Shown here: positions 7,932 through 17,129 of the stretch, piece by piece | Numbering within the stretch: the stretch's first letter is position 1 | How the letters are laid out: each line of letters starts with the position of its first letter | Origin: a virus | IMG/VR virus record: IMGVR_UViG_3300024978_000001 | Strand: one strand, 5' to 3' | DNA length: 64,000 nucleotides | Program-made: the position numbers and the translations under genes | The notes under the pieces: model-generated | What the model saw: only the letters and a program-made list of their open reading frames with translations | Told to the model about the DNA's origin: nothing | Databases searched by the model: none

Positions 7932-9913
7932 CGGTCCAACTCCAGCATCGCCGCAACATCGCCGGCGCTGACGGTCGCGAGCCAGGCGCTGCAGTCACGC
8001 TCGCCGAACGAAACAACCAGGTCGTCGTTCTGCTGCGCGAGGCCGGCGGCGAACTCGATCTGGACGTCGTGGAAGACGAACGGCAGCGACAAGCGCGGGT
8101 TGATAAGCTCCGCATCGAGCCAGGCGAACCGGTGCTGGTAGACCCGGCGCCCATGCGCTGGGTGCGCGATCGCTTCGTGGACGACCGTCAGATAGCCGCC
8201 CTTGAACGGGATGTAAGGACTGCCGCCGCTGATGTTGTCGACCGCGAACCGGCAGGGGGTCTTCTGCTGCAGCGAACCGCGCTGGATCTTGTCCAGGCGA
8301 TACATAAACGGAAGGCCCTTCGTCGGCCCAAGAACAGGCGCCCAGTTCTTCTCGCATTGGGTCGCGTCGCTGATTGCGCTCCATGACTCGACAAGGACCG
8401 TATTGGCGACCGGGTCGCGGCGGAGAAACCCGTGGACCTGCTGCGGTATACCGCTGGGCGTCGTCTCGCGGGCGCAGGCAATGAACTGCCGCTCGCCCTG
8501 GTGCCAGAAGATCCGCATATCCTCCAGACCGATCACCATCGGAAACGCCGCCGGTGGCCGGTCCCACTGCACCTTGATCGGGTTGCGGCTCGACAGGTTG
8601 GGGCGGAGCTGCAGCAGCCAGTTCTCAGTCTCGATCGGCGCGTCCCAGCATCCTTTGGGCCCGATCATGTAGCGGCCATGCTCGTCGATGCGGTAGTTCA
8701 CCGTGCGGAGGAGCAGCTCAAGGCCGCCGGCCGGCCGGTTCGTCACGCAGGGGTTCATCGCCGCAAACCCGGTGGGGGGCGTGAAGTCAACGACGCGGTC
8801 CCTGTAACTCGGGCAAAATGCTTTCAGCGGGCGCAGATAGAACACCATGTTCGACCGTGCGTTGCCCCGGACCGGCTCTGGGACCTGCGGATCGAGCGCT
8901 AGGCCATTCGTGATGTGGAACGCGCGCTCGCGCGTCCGGGGGTCATAGTAGCCAGCGATCGAATACTCCTCGCGGAAACCCCAGTCGTAGACCCAGTTCT
9001 CGATAAACAGCCGGTCGTTCGGGCGCGGGATCGTGATGCCTTTCTCAGCGAACAGCATCGCGCCCGCGTTGTCCCCCTTCATTCGATAGTGTTTGGCAAG
9101 CGCATGCAGCGGCTCGGCACGGGTAGGGCGCATCTGATACGCCTTGAGCGTCGCGCTGAGGTATTCGTCTTCCTTACCCTGCTGCTCCAGGCAGTTGGCG
9201 AGATTAACCTGGGCCGTCCAGTCCTCTTCGTCCCAGGTCGGCAGCTCTAGCTTCCTGCGATAGCAACGCTCCGCTTCGGCGAACTGTCCGGCGTCGCGGT
9301 AGGTGTTGCCGAGATAGAACCAGGTGCGGCCGTTGTTCGGGTCGGTCTTGAGATCTTCCTCGAACAGGCGGATGTCACGTTCGAACTTCTCGCCGCGATT
9401 GGCGCCGTCCGCGTGGTCGATGAAGTGGACCCCGGTGAGCACGCCACTCGACGGCGCGTTCAGGTATTCATGCGTGACCCCGATATAGCGCGCGGTCGAG
9501 GACACCGCGAGAACACGGAGGTTGTTGTATGAATACGTGCCGGCGAGCTGCGGGATCTCGTAGGCTTCACCAGTGAGCCCGAAGAACGCGGCCGGGTCGC
9601 CGCGCAATTCCATATCCGCGTCGCACAGCAGAAAGTAATCGAACGGCGGCGCGTCCGGATGCTTGGACCAGCTTCGGGCGGCATCGAGCGCTTGGTTGCG
9701 GGCTTGTGAGAAATTCACGAACGCGCCGCGGGCCACAATGCCTTTGACGCCGTTGTCATTACCCCACTTCTCAATGATCTCGACTGTGTCGTCGGTCGAT
9801 CCGGTATCGAGGATGGCAAAGGACGCAATAGCGTCCTTGACACTGTCGAGCATACGCACAAGGCGAGCGCTCTCGTTGCGCACAATCGCGCACAAGCAAA
9901 GACTTTCTGGCAT
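7928..9913 (-). CDS. multidomain family 2 glycosyltransferase with TPR-like middle region and a C-terminal domain of unknown function
   Basis: The N-terminus LCLCAIVRNESARLVRMLDSV...FAILDTGSTDDTVEII and CDADM (DxD) are typical of GT-A/GT2. The middle has TPR-like WFYLGNTYRDAGQFAEAERCYRR. The C-terminal approximately 300 aa carry IGLEDMRIF and KNWAPV motifs. Confidence 0.75.
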   Translation of the reverse strand: MPESLCLCAIVRNESARLVRMLDSVKDAIASFAILDTGSTDDTVEIIEKWGNDNGVKGIVARGAFVNFSQARNQALDAARSWSKHPDAPPFDYFLLCDADMELRGDPAAFFGLTGEAYEIPQLAGTYSYNNLRVLAVSSTARYIGVTHEYLNAPSSGVLTGVHFIDHADGANRGEKFERDIRLFEEDLKTDPNNGRTWFYLGNTYRDAGQFAEAERCYRRKLELPTWDEEDWTAQVNLANCLEQQGKEDEYLSATLKAYQMRPTRAEPLHALAKHYRMKGDNAGAMLFAEKGITIPRPNDRLFIENWVYDWGFREEYSIAGYYDPRTRERAFHITNGLALDPQVPEPVRGNARSNMVFYLRPLKAFCPSYRDRVVDFTPPTGFAAMNPCVTNRPAGGLELLLRTVNYRIDEHGRYMIGPKGCWDAPIETENWLLQLRPNLSSRNPIKVQWDRPPAAFPMVIGLEDMRIFWHQGERQFIACARETTPSGIPQQVHGFLRRDPVANTVLVESWSAISDATQCEKNWAPVLGPTKGLPFMYRLDKIQRGSLQQKTPCRFAVDNISGGSPYIPFKGGYLTVVHEAIAHPAHGRRVYQHRFAWLDAELINPRLSLPFVFHDVQIEFAAGLAQQNDDLVVSFGERDCSAWLATVSAGDVAAMLELDR

Positions 9914-9954
9914 ATGGCTTCCTGGTTAGTTTGCTGGGGCCGAAGCCCCAGCGA

Positions 9955-10581
9955 TTAAACCGGCGGGTACGGAACGTCGTTGAGGCCGCCGGACGAGATC
10001 TTGAGCGCGCCGACACCAGTCGCCCCGCCCGGGTTCCAGACAGCGCCGGCGATAAACGGATCGCTCGCCGGCGGCTTCCAAACAGTTGTGACGGCAGGAC
10101 CAGCGGGGCCGGTCGGACCGGTGCCGATATGCTGGCCATCGGCGAACACCGCCGCGGTGGGCCCAGTCGGACCCGTAGCGCTCGCCGGCCCAGTAGGACC
10201 GCGGGGGCCGACAGACGAACCTGTCGGACCTTGCTGCCCGGTCGGGCCTGTGGCTCCGGCGGCGCCAGTGTTACCAGTCGGTCCTTTCGGCCCTACGCGC
10301 CCGGTGCTTCCAGTCGGGCCGGTGGTCGCGAGCGGGCCGGCGGGGCCGGTCGGGCCGAGGCCCTGTGGCCCTGTCGGTCCAGTCGTGCCGGCGGGGCCGG
10401 TCGCGCCTGTAGCAGTGCCCGTCGGCCCCGTGGGGCCGATGATGTCCTTGTCGTTGATCAGGTCGACAACCGCCTTAAGCACAACCGGAATTGCGCCATC
10501 GTCGTAGGTGTCCTTCGACGCCAGCGACGGGTCGAGCAGTTGTTTGCTGTTGAACGGATAACCGAGCGGTGAGTTCGCCAT
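9955..10581 (-). CDS. collagen-like repeat protein (fibre-like), 208 aa
   Basis: About 110 aa of G-X-Y triplets ([26 protein letters not shown]...) flanked by globular ends. The C-terminal PPASDP...VWN motif is shared with 10594..11100. Confidence 0.8.
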   Translation of the reverse strand: MANSPLGYPFNSKQLLDPSLASKDTYDDGAIPVVLKAVVDLINDKDIIGPTGPTGTATGATGPAGTTGPTGPQGLGPTGPAGPLATTGPTGSTGRVGPKGPTGNTGAAGATGPTGQQGPTGSSVGPRGPTGPASATGPTGPTAAVFADGQHIGTGPTGPAGPAVTTVWKPPASDPFIAGAVWNPGGATGVGALKISSGGLNDVPYPPV

Positions 10582-10593
10582 TCGCTCCTCCTA

Positions 10594-11100
10594 TTAACCG
10601 GCGGAGACGGTGAGCACGCCCGCGTTATTCCAGACCTGACCGCTAACACGAGGATCAGATGTCGGCGGCACCACAACGATTGCGACGGTACCAGTCGGCC
10701 CAGTCGGACCAGCCGGCCCGGTGAACCCCGCGCCTGTCGGACCAGTGACGCCCGCGCCCGTGGGTCCGGTCGGACCGGTCGAGCCCGGCGACGGACCAGT
10801 CGCGCCGATCGCACCCGCGGGACCAGTCGCTCCGGGACCGGTAGGACCCGTCGCACCTGTTGCGCCTTGTGCGCCGACAGGGCCAGCAGGACCCTGTGCA
10901 CCGATGGCTGAACCTGTCGGACCCGTGACGCCGGCGGCGCCGGTCGGTCCAGTCGCGCCTTGCGACGGGCCGGTCGGGCCAGCAGCGCCGGTCGGGCCGG
11001 TGGGGCCGCCGATGTTGCCAGCGTTCACGGCATCGACAACCTGCTTCAACACGTTGCCGATCATGTTGCGGTCGTAGTTACGGCTGGACAAAATCGCCAT
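10594..11100 (-). CDS. collagen-like repeat protein (fibre-like), 168 aa
   Basis: G-X-Y run ([32 protein letters not shown]...). The C-terminal [17 protein letters not shown] is paralogous to the end of 9955..10581. Confidence 0.8.
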   Translation of the reverse strand: MAILSSRNYDRNMIGNVLKQVVDAVNAGNIGGPTGPTGAAGPTGPSQGATGPTGAAGVTGPTGSAIGAQGPAGPVGAQGATGATGPTGPGATGPAGAIGATGPSPGSTGPTGPTGAGVTGPTGAGFTGPAGPTGPTGTVAIVVVPPTSDPRVSGQVWNNAGVLTVSAG

Positions 11101-11135
11101 CAGCGTGGCTCCCTAAAATGTGCCTCCGTACTGGA

Positions 11136-11160
11136 GGCGAGATAGTTGCGGTTTTCTTAA
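11136..11160. repeat. 25-nt element ggcgagatagttgcggttttcttaa, copy 1 of 2
   Basis: Identical to 20316..20340. In both copies the TAA stop (reverse strand) of the upstream gene lies at the same place in the element. Confidence 0.95.
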
Positions 11161-12026
11161 GCCTCGACGTAGCTGGCTTGACGGCCGAAGCCGACGATCT
11201 TGATCGCGCGTTTGATCGGATAAACGGTCACGATGGAATAAGTGAGCAGTGGGTACGCGGAGACGGCCGTCGCATGCAGTGTGCAGTAAAGGATGCCGTT
11301 GACGCGGGCGACGAAGTTGTCGTGTCGGTGGCCGCAGATGCAGCCGATGACCTTATTTCCGAACGACTCAAGAATGGTGCGGACCGCAGCAGCGTTGCTC
11401 AGCCCCCACGAAAACCCGTCCAATGCGTAATAGACGGGGTAATGGCAGAAGATCACGCAAGGGTACGGTGAAGCCGCGATCGTCGCAGACAGCCATGCGC
11501 GTTGCGTCGGCGGGATGTAGGAGACGTAAGGGCTGACACCTTGCTGGTTTGACGAGATCGAAAGATCGTTAGAGTCGTCGTCGGAAAGATAATTTCCGTC
11601 GAGCACGATGAATGTCACGCCGCCGCGCGTGAACGAGTACCACTTGCTCGGTTGGCCGGTGACCGACATCACCTGCTCCTTGGTGAGCCAAGTCACCTCG
11701 TGGTTGCCGATATTGTGATATTTCGGCACGTTGACCGCGAGCAAATTGTCGATGTCCGCCAGGTCGGTCAACGCCGCGCTGGCGTTCGCGGAGCCGTCAA
11801 TGAAGTCGCCGTTCTGAAACACGAATGCGAGATCGGTGCGCGCATTGAAGATCGCCGTAATGTCGGGGATCTTCTTCGCCGCGTCCTGAAAATACTTGCC
11901 GCCCTGATTGGGGTCCGTCGCCTTGAGCGGGTCATGATGCGTGTCGGTCACCCAGCCGAACGACACCGACACGCCCTTCGGCCCGAACAGCTCACCCGTT
12001 GCCCTGCTAGGGGAGATCAATGCCAT
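11157..12026 (-). CDS. calcineurin-like metallophosphoesterase
   Basis: GWVTDTHHD (DxH), NGDFIDG (GD), GNHE (GNH) and CGHRHD (GHxH), in canonical order. Confidence 0.75.
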   Translation of the reverse strand: MALISPSRATGELFGPKGVSVSFGWVTDTHHDPLKATDPNQGGKYFQDAAKKIPDITAIFNARTDLAFVFQNGDFIDGSANASAALTDLADIDNLLAVNVPKYHNIGNHEVTWLTKEQVMSVTGQPSKWYSFTRGGVTFIVLDGNYLSDDDSNDLSISSNQQGVSPYVSYIPPTQRAWLSATIAASPYPCVIFCHYPVYYALDGFSWGLSNAAAVRTILESFGNKVIGCICGHRHDNFVARVNGILYCTLHATAVSAYPLLTYSIVTVYPIKRAIKIVGFGRQASYVEA

Positions 12027-12030
12027 GGCG

Positions 12031-13017
12031 TCACCCGAAATAGTTATGCAGGTCGGTGGCCTGCTGTGTAGTGAGCGGCGCGGTCACAAGCACGGCTGAC
12101 ACCTTGCCCTGCCACCAGTTCGAAGCGGCAAGTGCGGGGATCGTGCCCACCGTGAACAGCGTCGGTGTGCTGGTGTTCGGCACCACGGCAGCGGTCACCG
12201 CGCCGGCGCTGTCAACGTCTATCGACGTTTGGGTCGCACCGTGGATGCTGCGCAAAACATGCACACCGGATAAATCGACATGGGTGTCGGTAGCGTTCGT
12301 GGCCGCGGCGCCGGTGCCGGTGTAGGAACGGGCGCGGTTGACGCCGCCGACAGGAAGACGGGCGACAGAGCGGCCGTTGACAACGCTGGTGGCAGCGTAC
12401 CCCGCCACATGGCGCGTAGTGGCGTCGGCTGCGGCCACATCCTGCGAACACACCACCCAGATTTCGCAAGGGGTAGCGCCGGCCGGCAGCAGTGACATGA
12501 ACGCGGCATCGGTGCATTTGAGATACTGCTGGGCGCCGTCAAAGGTGATGCACGGTGCGCCATTGAGCCCCGTCGGGTCGTACACCGGCTTAAGATTGGG
12601 GGTCGACTGCGCCAGGTTGGCCCCAGTCACGAGGCCAAGCCACGACGACACCGCGTCGGTGTAAGTCGCATCAGAGAGCGCGGTGATCGTGTCGGAGCGG
12701 TTGGCGTCCCAGTATTCGATCAGGCTGCTGCCGAGCGCCGTCACCGGATTGTAGTTCGACGACGGCCCGGTATAGCCAGGGATAATCACGGTCTTGGCGT
12801 TGCGCGCCGCGAGCCCGGTGAGCCCGGTGAGCGCATAGACGTCTTCCCACGTCCCGGTCGGGCCCGCCGCCTGCTGCAGTGCGTCGATCTGCCCCCACAC
12901 GGGAAACGTGCCAGTCGGCCCGGTGAACGCCGGTAAAATCTGGACGCCTTTGTACGTGCCGGTCGGGCCGAGCGGGCCGTCGAGAACGCGGACAAGTTTC
13001 TGGGTGTTGACGGTCAT
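12031..13017 (-). CDS. fibre or receptor-binding-like protein with degenerate GPTGT repeats and a possible LamG/concanavalin-like lectin domain
   Basis: The N-terminus has GPTGTY, GPTGTF and GPTGTW. The SSWLGLVTGANLAQSTPNLKPVYDPTGLNGAPCITFDGAQQYL pattern resembles LamG-type phage proteins. Confidence 0.5.
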   Translation of the reverse strand: MTVNTQKLVRVLDGPLGPTGTYKGVQILPAFTGPTGTFPVWGQIDALQQAAGPTGTWEDVYALTGLTGLAARNAKTVIIPGYTGPSSNYNPVTALGSSLIEYWDANRSDTITALSDATYTDAVSSWLGLVTGANLAQSTPNLKPVYDPTGLNGAPCITFDGAQQYLKCTDAAFMSLLPAGATPCEIWVVCSQDVAAADATTRHVAGYAATSVVNGRSVARLPVGGVNRARSYTGTGAAATNATDTHVDLSGVHVLRSIHGATQTSIDVDSAGAVTAAVVPNTSTPTLFTVGTIPALAASNWWQGKVSAVLVTAPLTTQQATDLHNYFG

Positions 13018-15329
13018 CAGCCGACGCCCCCGGCGACCGAACCCTTAACGCCCGTCATGTGCGGCGTCAGATGCGTCTGCGGCCCCATCGCCTGTGACGG
13101 CGCCGGCGGCTTCATGCCCGACGATTGCCTGGCCGCCTCCTGCATGCCGCCGTGTTGGCCAGCGTGCATGCCCGGGTCGCTGGAAGCGCCCTGGCCGCCT
13201 CCTGGCGCAGCTTCTGGCGCGATCGCGCCCGGCGTACCGATATGCGCGGGTGGGCCCTCCGGCATATGCGCCCGAGCGGCCAGCACACCAGAAGTGAGCT
13301 CGGTCGAGATACGCTTAACGCCAGCCTCAACGCCTTTGTTAACCGCGGCCACGATCGCTTGTTCGATGTCTCCACCTTGCGCTGCCTGTTGCTGTTGCTG
13401 TTTCTCCATCTTCTCGATCTCGGCGTCGGACGGCACCACCTGGTCGCCCTGAATGCCGATCGTCGAGGACACCGATCGCAGCACCGCGGCGCGACCGCCG
13501 ATGCCCATGATCTTCATGTCGGTCGGGTTGTTCGTTGCCGTCAGGAACTCGATCTGGCGCTGCCGCAGCGTCTCGCGCTGGATCGCCACGCTCACGCCGG
13601 TGACGGAAACTTTTTCCTGACCGGTGAGCATCCCGGTGCGATCGGTCAGCATCAGCAGGTCGAATAACTGCAGCAGGCTTTCCTCGATCACGTCGCGGTC
13701 GATGTTCGCGGACACCGTCTGCAGGATCTTCGAGGCGTTGCCCATCAACATCGCCAGGCCCGAAGCCGTACGCCCGGCGCCGCCGCCAGCTTGGCCGCCG
13801 ACGTATTTCGGGATCGCCGACACGTCGTCCGAGATCGAAGTGAACTCCTGCAGGCACTGGATCAGGGCCTGAGCGTTGTTCGCCGGCATGAAGAAGGAGA
13901 TCGGTTGCTTGGCGTTGTTGTTCACGGGGTCGGTGCGGGTGTGCCACCGCTTCCACGGATACATCTCCTCGCCGTTCTCCTCCGGCGCCAGCATGTCGTC
14001 GTTGATGACGACCTGCGGCCCCGACGAGATCGACAGGTTGTTGATCAGCGCGCGCAGCGTGGCGTTGGCGGCTTCCTGCAGGTCGGCGAGCAGATCGGTC
14101 AGACCATTGCCGACAGGCGTACCCGGCACTTTCTCAAAACTCGTGATGAAATACGGATGTCGCTGACGTGGTGAAGGCGACAGGTGTGCCTTGATGACGT
14201 GCGAGCCGATAACCCAGACCTGAACATGATAGTCACGAAGCTCGTCTTGGACAGCGAGGCCGTAATCTTGAAGTACGCGTCCTTGGACATTGCCGTTGAA
14301 CTCCATCATGGTGATCATCGCTGATCTGTTCCACGCCGGGTTTTCGCGGCTCTCCAACACGCTGCGCTCGGCGTCGGTGGTGTCCCAGTTGTCATAGAGA
14401 CCGCCGCGGCCGTACTCGTCGAGCACCGCGCGAATTTCATCGGAGTTGTAGCCGGGCAGGTCGAGCAGATCGTTGAGCTCGGCGCGCGTCACGCGCAGCT
14501 TCTCGATCACGTTGGCGTTGGCGATGTCGGCGACGCCCGGGGTGAACCAGATGTCAAATGGGCTGACCCGGTTCCACGTCAGCACCGGCGTCTGCTGCAC
14601 GGTGGCGCTGCCGCTCGCCCAGTCCACCTTGGGCATGATCTTGACTACGGGGCCCTTGATGCAGGCGAACGGGAAGATCGGCAGGTCGACGATGAACTCG
14701 GCAAGCGCGTGGTAGAAGCTGCCCTCGCGCAGCATGTCCTGGATCTTGTCCTGAGCATACCGCGCCTGTTGCGCCGCTTTCTTCTTCGCCGCGGTCTCGG
14801 CGCCCTCTAGCAACGCCTCGCGTCGCTGCCATAGCTCCTGCGGCGTCGGCGGCGGTAGCCCGGTTTGCTGAACCTGCTGGCTCTCGGCCTGGATCAGCTT
14901 GTCGATTTCCTGCATGATTTCGGGCGGGATGTCCGGATTGGCCGGCGGGTCGAGCGCCCACGGGATGTCGTCGCCGAGATAGATGTCGCGAAGCAGCGAC
15001 GCGGCCGCGCGGCACTTCTGGGCAATCAGCCGTGCGAACACCTGGCTGCCGCCCCATTTACTGATCTCGGCGAGCTTCGTCGGGTCGTACTGGCCATTGA
15101 ACGTCCGCAACGCCGACAGCATGCGGTTGGACCAGCCGGCGTTGGTGTTGCGGTGATTGCGAAAAATTTCAAACTGCGTGCGGACATAACCAGCCAACTC
15201 AGGATACTGAGGCTGTTGGGTCGCAGTTTGTGCGGCGGCTGCGTCGCTGTCCCGTTGCTGGATCTGTCGTTCCAGTTCCGCGGGAGGGATTACCTGTAGG
15301 ACACCGGCCTGGCCAAGCTGATCTGCCAT
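13017..15329 (-). CDS. portal protein (putative); ATG at 15329, ORF open from TTG at 15398
   Basis: About 770 aa, the next large gene after the large terminase. Gly/Ala/Pro-rich C-terminal tail. ATGA coupling to the downstream gene. Called by size and position. Confidence 0.65.
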   Translation of the reverse strand: MADQLGQAGVLQVIPPAELERQIQQRDSDAAAAQTATQQPQYPELAGYVRTQFEIFRNHRNTNAGWSNRMLSALRTFNGQYDPTKLAEISKWGGSQVFARLIAQKCRAAASLLRDIYLGDDIPWALDPPANPDIPPEIMQEIDKLIQAESQQVQQTGLPPPTPQELWQRREALLEGAETAAKKKAAQQARYAQDKIQDMLREGSFYHALAEFIVDLPIFPFACIKGPVVKIMPKVDWASGSATVQQTPVLTWNRVSPFDIWFTPGVADIANANVIEKLRVTRAELNDLLDLPGYNSDEIRAVLDEYGRGGLYDNWDTTDAERSVLESRENPAWNRSAMITMMEFNGNVQGRVLQDYGLAVQDELRDYHVQVWVIGSHVIKAHLSPSPRQRHPYFITSFEKVPGTPVGNGLTDLLADLQEAANATLRALINNLSISSGPQVVINDDMLAPEENGEEMYPWKRWHTRTDPVNNNAKQPISFFMPANNAQALIQCLQEFTSISDDVSAIPKYVGGQAGGGAGRTASGLAMLMGNASKILQTVSANIDRDVIEESLLQLFDLLMLTDRTGMLTGQEKVSVTGVSVAIQRETLRQRQIEFLTATNNPTDMKIMGIGGRAAVLRSVSSTIGIQGDQVVPSDAEIEKMEKQQQQQAAQGGDIEQAIVAAVNKGVEAGVKRISTELTSGVLAARAHMPEGPPAHIGTPGAIAPEAAPGGGQGASSDPGMHAGQHGGMQEAARQSSGMKPPAPSQAMGPQTHLTPHMTGVKGSVAGGVG

Positions 15330-15433
15330 TGAGAAGTTCCAACCAAGAAATTGGCCGGAACGTCCGACGACCCCCCTAAAGGAAAACTTTATGATCAACC
15401 GACGATGGTCGCGCCAATTCGGGGGGCCAAAAA

Positions 15434-15733
15434 ATGGAAATGCGCGACCAGTCAGCAGTGCAACTTCTTGGGCACACTTTTAGCCTCGGGACGCTGCTGT
15501 CAGTCGTCACCGGCCTTCTTCCGTTCGCGGCGTCGCTGGTCGCATTGATCTGGTACATCATCCAGATCTTCGAGAGCGATACCTGGCGCCGCCGCGTCGA
15601 GCGCAAGCGCCTCAAGCGCATCGCGAAACTGCGCGCCGAGCTGGTCGGTCTGGAGACGTTGATGCTTATGTCCAAGCTGCAGCAGAAACAGCCGGACGCT
15701 TCCGAGCCCGCGGACGCAGCCGCTGAGCGATAA
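15434..15733 (+). CDS. possible small membrane protein encoded opposite to the late block (99 aa)
   Basis: ATG with GGGGGG upstream. Hydrophobic helix LGTLLSVVTGLLPFAASLVALIWYIIQIF followed by a basic coil RRRVERKRLKRIAKLRAEL. G/C-ending codons dominate. Fills the terminase-portal gap and overlaps the terminase 3' end by 68 nt. Confidence 0.4.
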   Translation: MEMRDQSAVQLLGHTFSLGTLLSVVTGLLPFAASLVALIWYIIQIFESDTWRRRVERKRLKRIAKLRAELVGLETLMLMSKLQQKQPDASEPADAAAER

Positions 15734-17129
15734 TCGGCACCTGACCGCCGTGCACCACGAGCGCGACGTATTGCAGGTCGTCGGCGACGTGCGAGAAGCC
15801 TTCCTTGTCGGTCTTGTCGGGCACGGTGCGAAGCGCGCCGGTCTTCAATTTGGTGAAGCGGTAGCCGCCGCTCATGGCGCGGCATAGCCACGGGCAGCCC
15901 GCGGCGCTGATCATTAGGGTCGGGCCACCGTTGGTTTGGCGGCTAAGTAGCGCTTCCACAGCTCGTAGACGCGGCTCAATATCATTTGTCGGGGCAGGGA
16001 AGCACGGGAGTCCCATTCGCTGTAGAGCATCAAAGCAGCTCTCCTCCGAGATCGTGCCCTTGGCGACACCCGATGGGTCCCCGACAACACAGACCTTGAA
16101 GCCAAGATACTTGGCTGAGAATAGCCGAGGCTTGAGCGACTGCTGAACGTGCTTTTCGAGGCCGACGTTCGTCGCAGGGACTTCTTCATGGACGATCAGC
16201 CTCCCAAGGTGGTCCATCTGACAGATCAACGACCACGGGTTACGGCCGAAGTCCTGACCGATCAAGAGCGGGTATCCGGGGATCAACTGCGTTTCGGGGA
16301 CGATGTGGAAGTTGCTCTTGAATGTGTTCTTGAACACCGCGGCGCCGCTCGGGTCGTCGCCATATTCGGCCTTCACATATCGCCGCACCCAGTCGCTCTC
16401 CTCGCCATACATCTCGACGAAGCGCTCGTAATACTTGCGGCCCTGCGCCAGCCGCTTCGGATGCCCCTGCGGCAGCTTGAGGGTCTCCTCGGTCTGCAGC
16501 AGCCAGTCGAGGTTTTCAGCGTCGGGCGCGAGACCGGAGGGCTGCTTGAAGATCTGCACGTCGCCGGGAGTGGCGATGTGCTCCTCCATGAAATTGTGCC
16601 AGGGCGTCATTTCGGTCGGGAAGTTGGTGTCGGCGACCCAGCCATGCCACGACGGTACGCCATCCGATCCGGACGGATACCGCCCAAGGCGGCCCGACAG
16701 CGGCGCGATGACGTCGAGGTTCATCTCAATGCACTCCGACATCCACGCGCCTGTGAGCTGCATCGACAGCAGCCGCGCCTGGTCCTCCGCGTTCTCCAGC
16801 GGGATGAACACCCATTCGCTACGCACGTCGTCGAAGTCGACATAGAACGTGTTGTCGCTCACTTTCCAGTTACCTATGCCCTTGAGCCAGTTCTGGCAAT
16901 CTTTCAGCACGGTGTCCTTAAGTTGCTTCAACGTCTGCCGCACCACGGCGTGGCGGGTGTGGCGCAAGCCGTCGGCGCCGGGGCGTTGCGACACGCTACG
17001 CCGTAACAGCTCGATCACGCAGCCGGTGGTTTTCCCTGAGCCGACGGGTCCTGCGATCAGCCGGCCAAACGCGTCTGAGCGCATGAACCGCGCGACGGTC
17101 GGGGGCGCCCTGTATTTGAGCCCCGCCAT
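15666..17129 (-). CDS. terL: terminase large subunit
   Basis: Walker A motif AGPVGSGKTTGCV near the N-terminus. Size is typical for TerL. ATG at 17129 forms an ATGA overlap with the upstream gene stop (alternative GTG at 17165 in the ORF track). Confidence 0.85.
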   Translation of the reverse strand: MAGLKYRAPPTVARFMRSDAFGRLIAGPVGSGKTTGCVIELLRRSVSQRPGADGLRHTRHAVVRQTLKQLKDTVLKDCQNWLKGIGNWKVSDNTFYVDFDDVRSEWVFIPLENAEDQARLLSMQLTGAWMSECIEMNLDVIAPLSGRLGRYPSGSDGVPSWHGWVADTNFPTEMTPWHNFMEEHIATPGDVQIFKQPSGLAPDAENLDWLLQTEETLKLPQGHPKRLAQGRKYYERFVEMYGEESDWVRRYVKAEYGDDPSGAAVFKNTFKSNFHIVPETQLIPGYPLLIGQDFGRNPWSLICQMDHLGRLIVHEEVPATNVGLEKHVQQSLKPRLFSAKYLGFKVCVVGDPSGVAKGTISEESCFDALQRMGLPCFPAPTNDIEPRLRAVEALLSRQTNGGPTLMISAAGCPWLCRAMSGGYRFTKLKTGALRTVPDKTDKEGFSHVADDLQYVALVVHGGQVPIIAQRLRPRARKRPAVSAAAWT

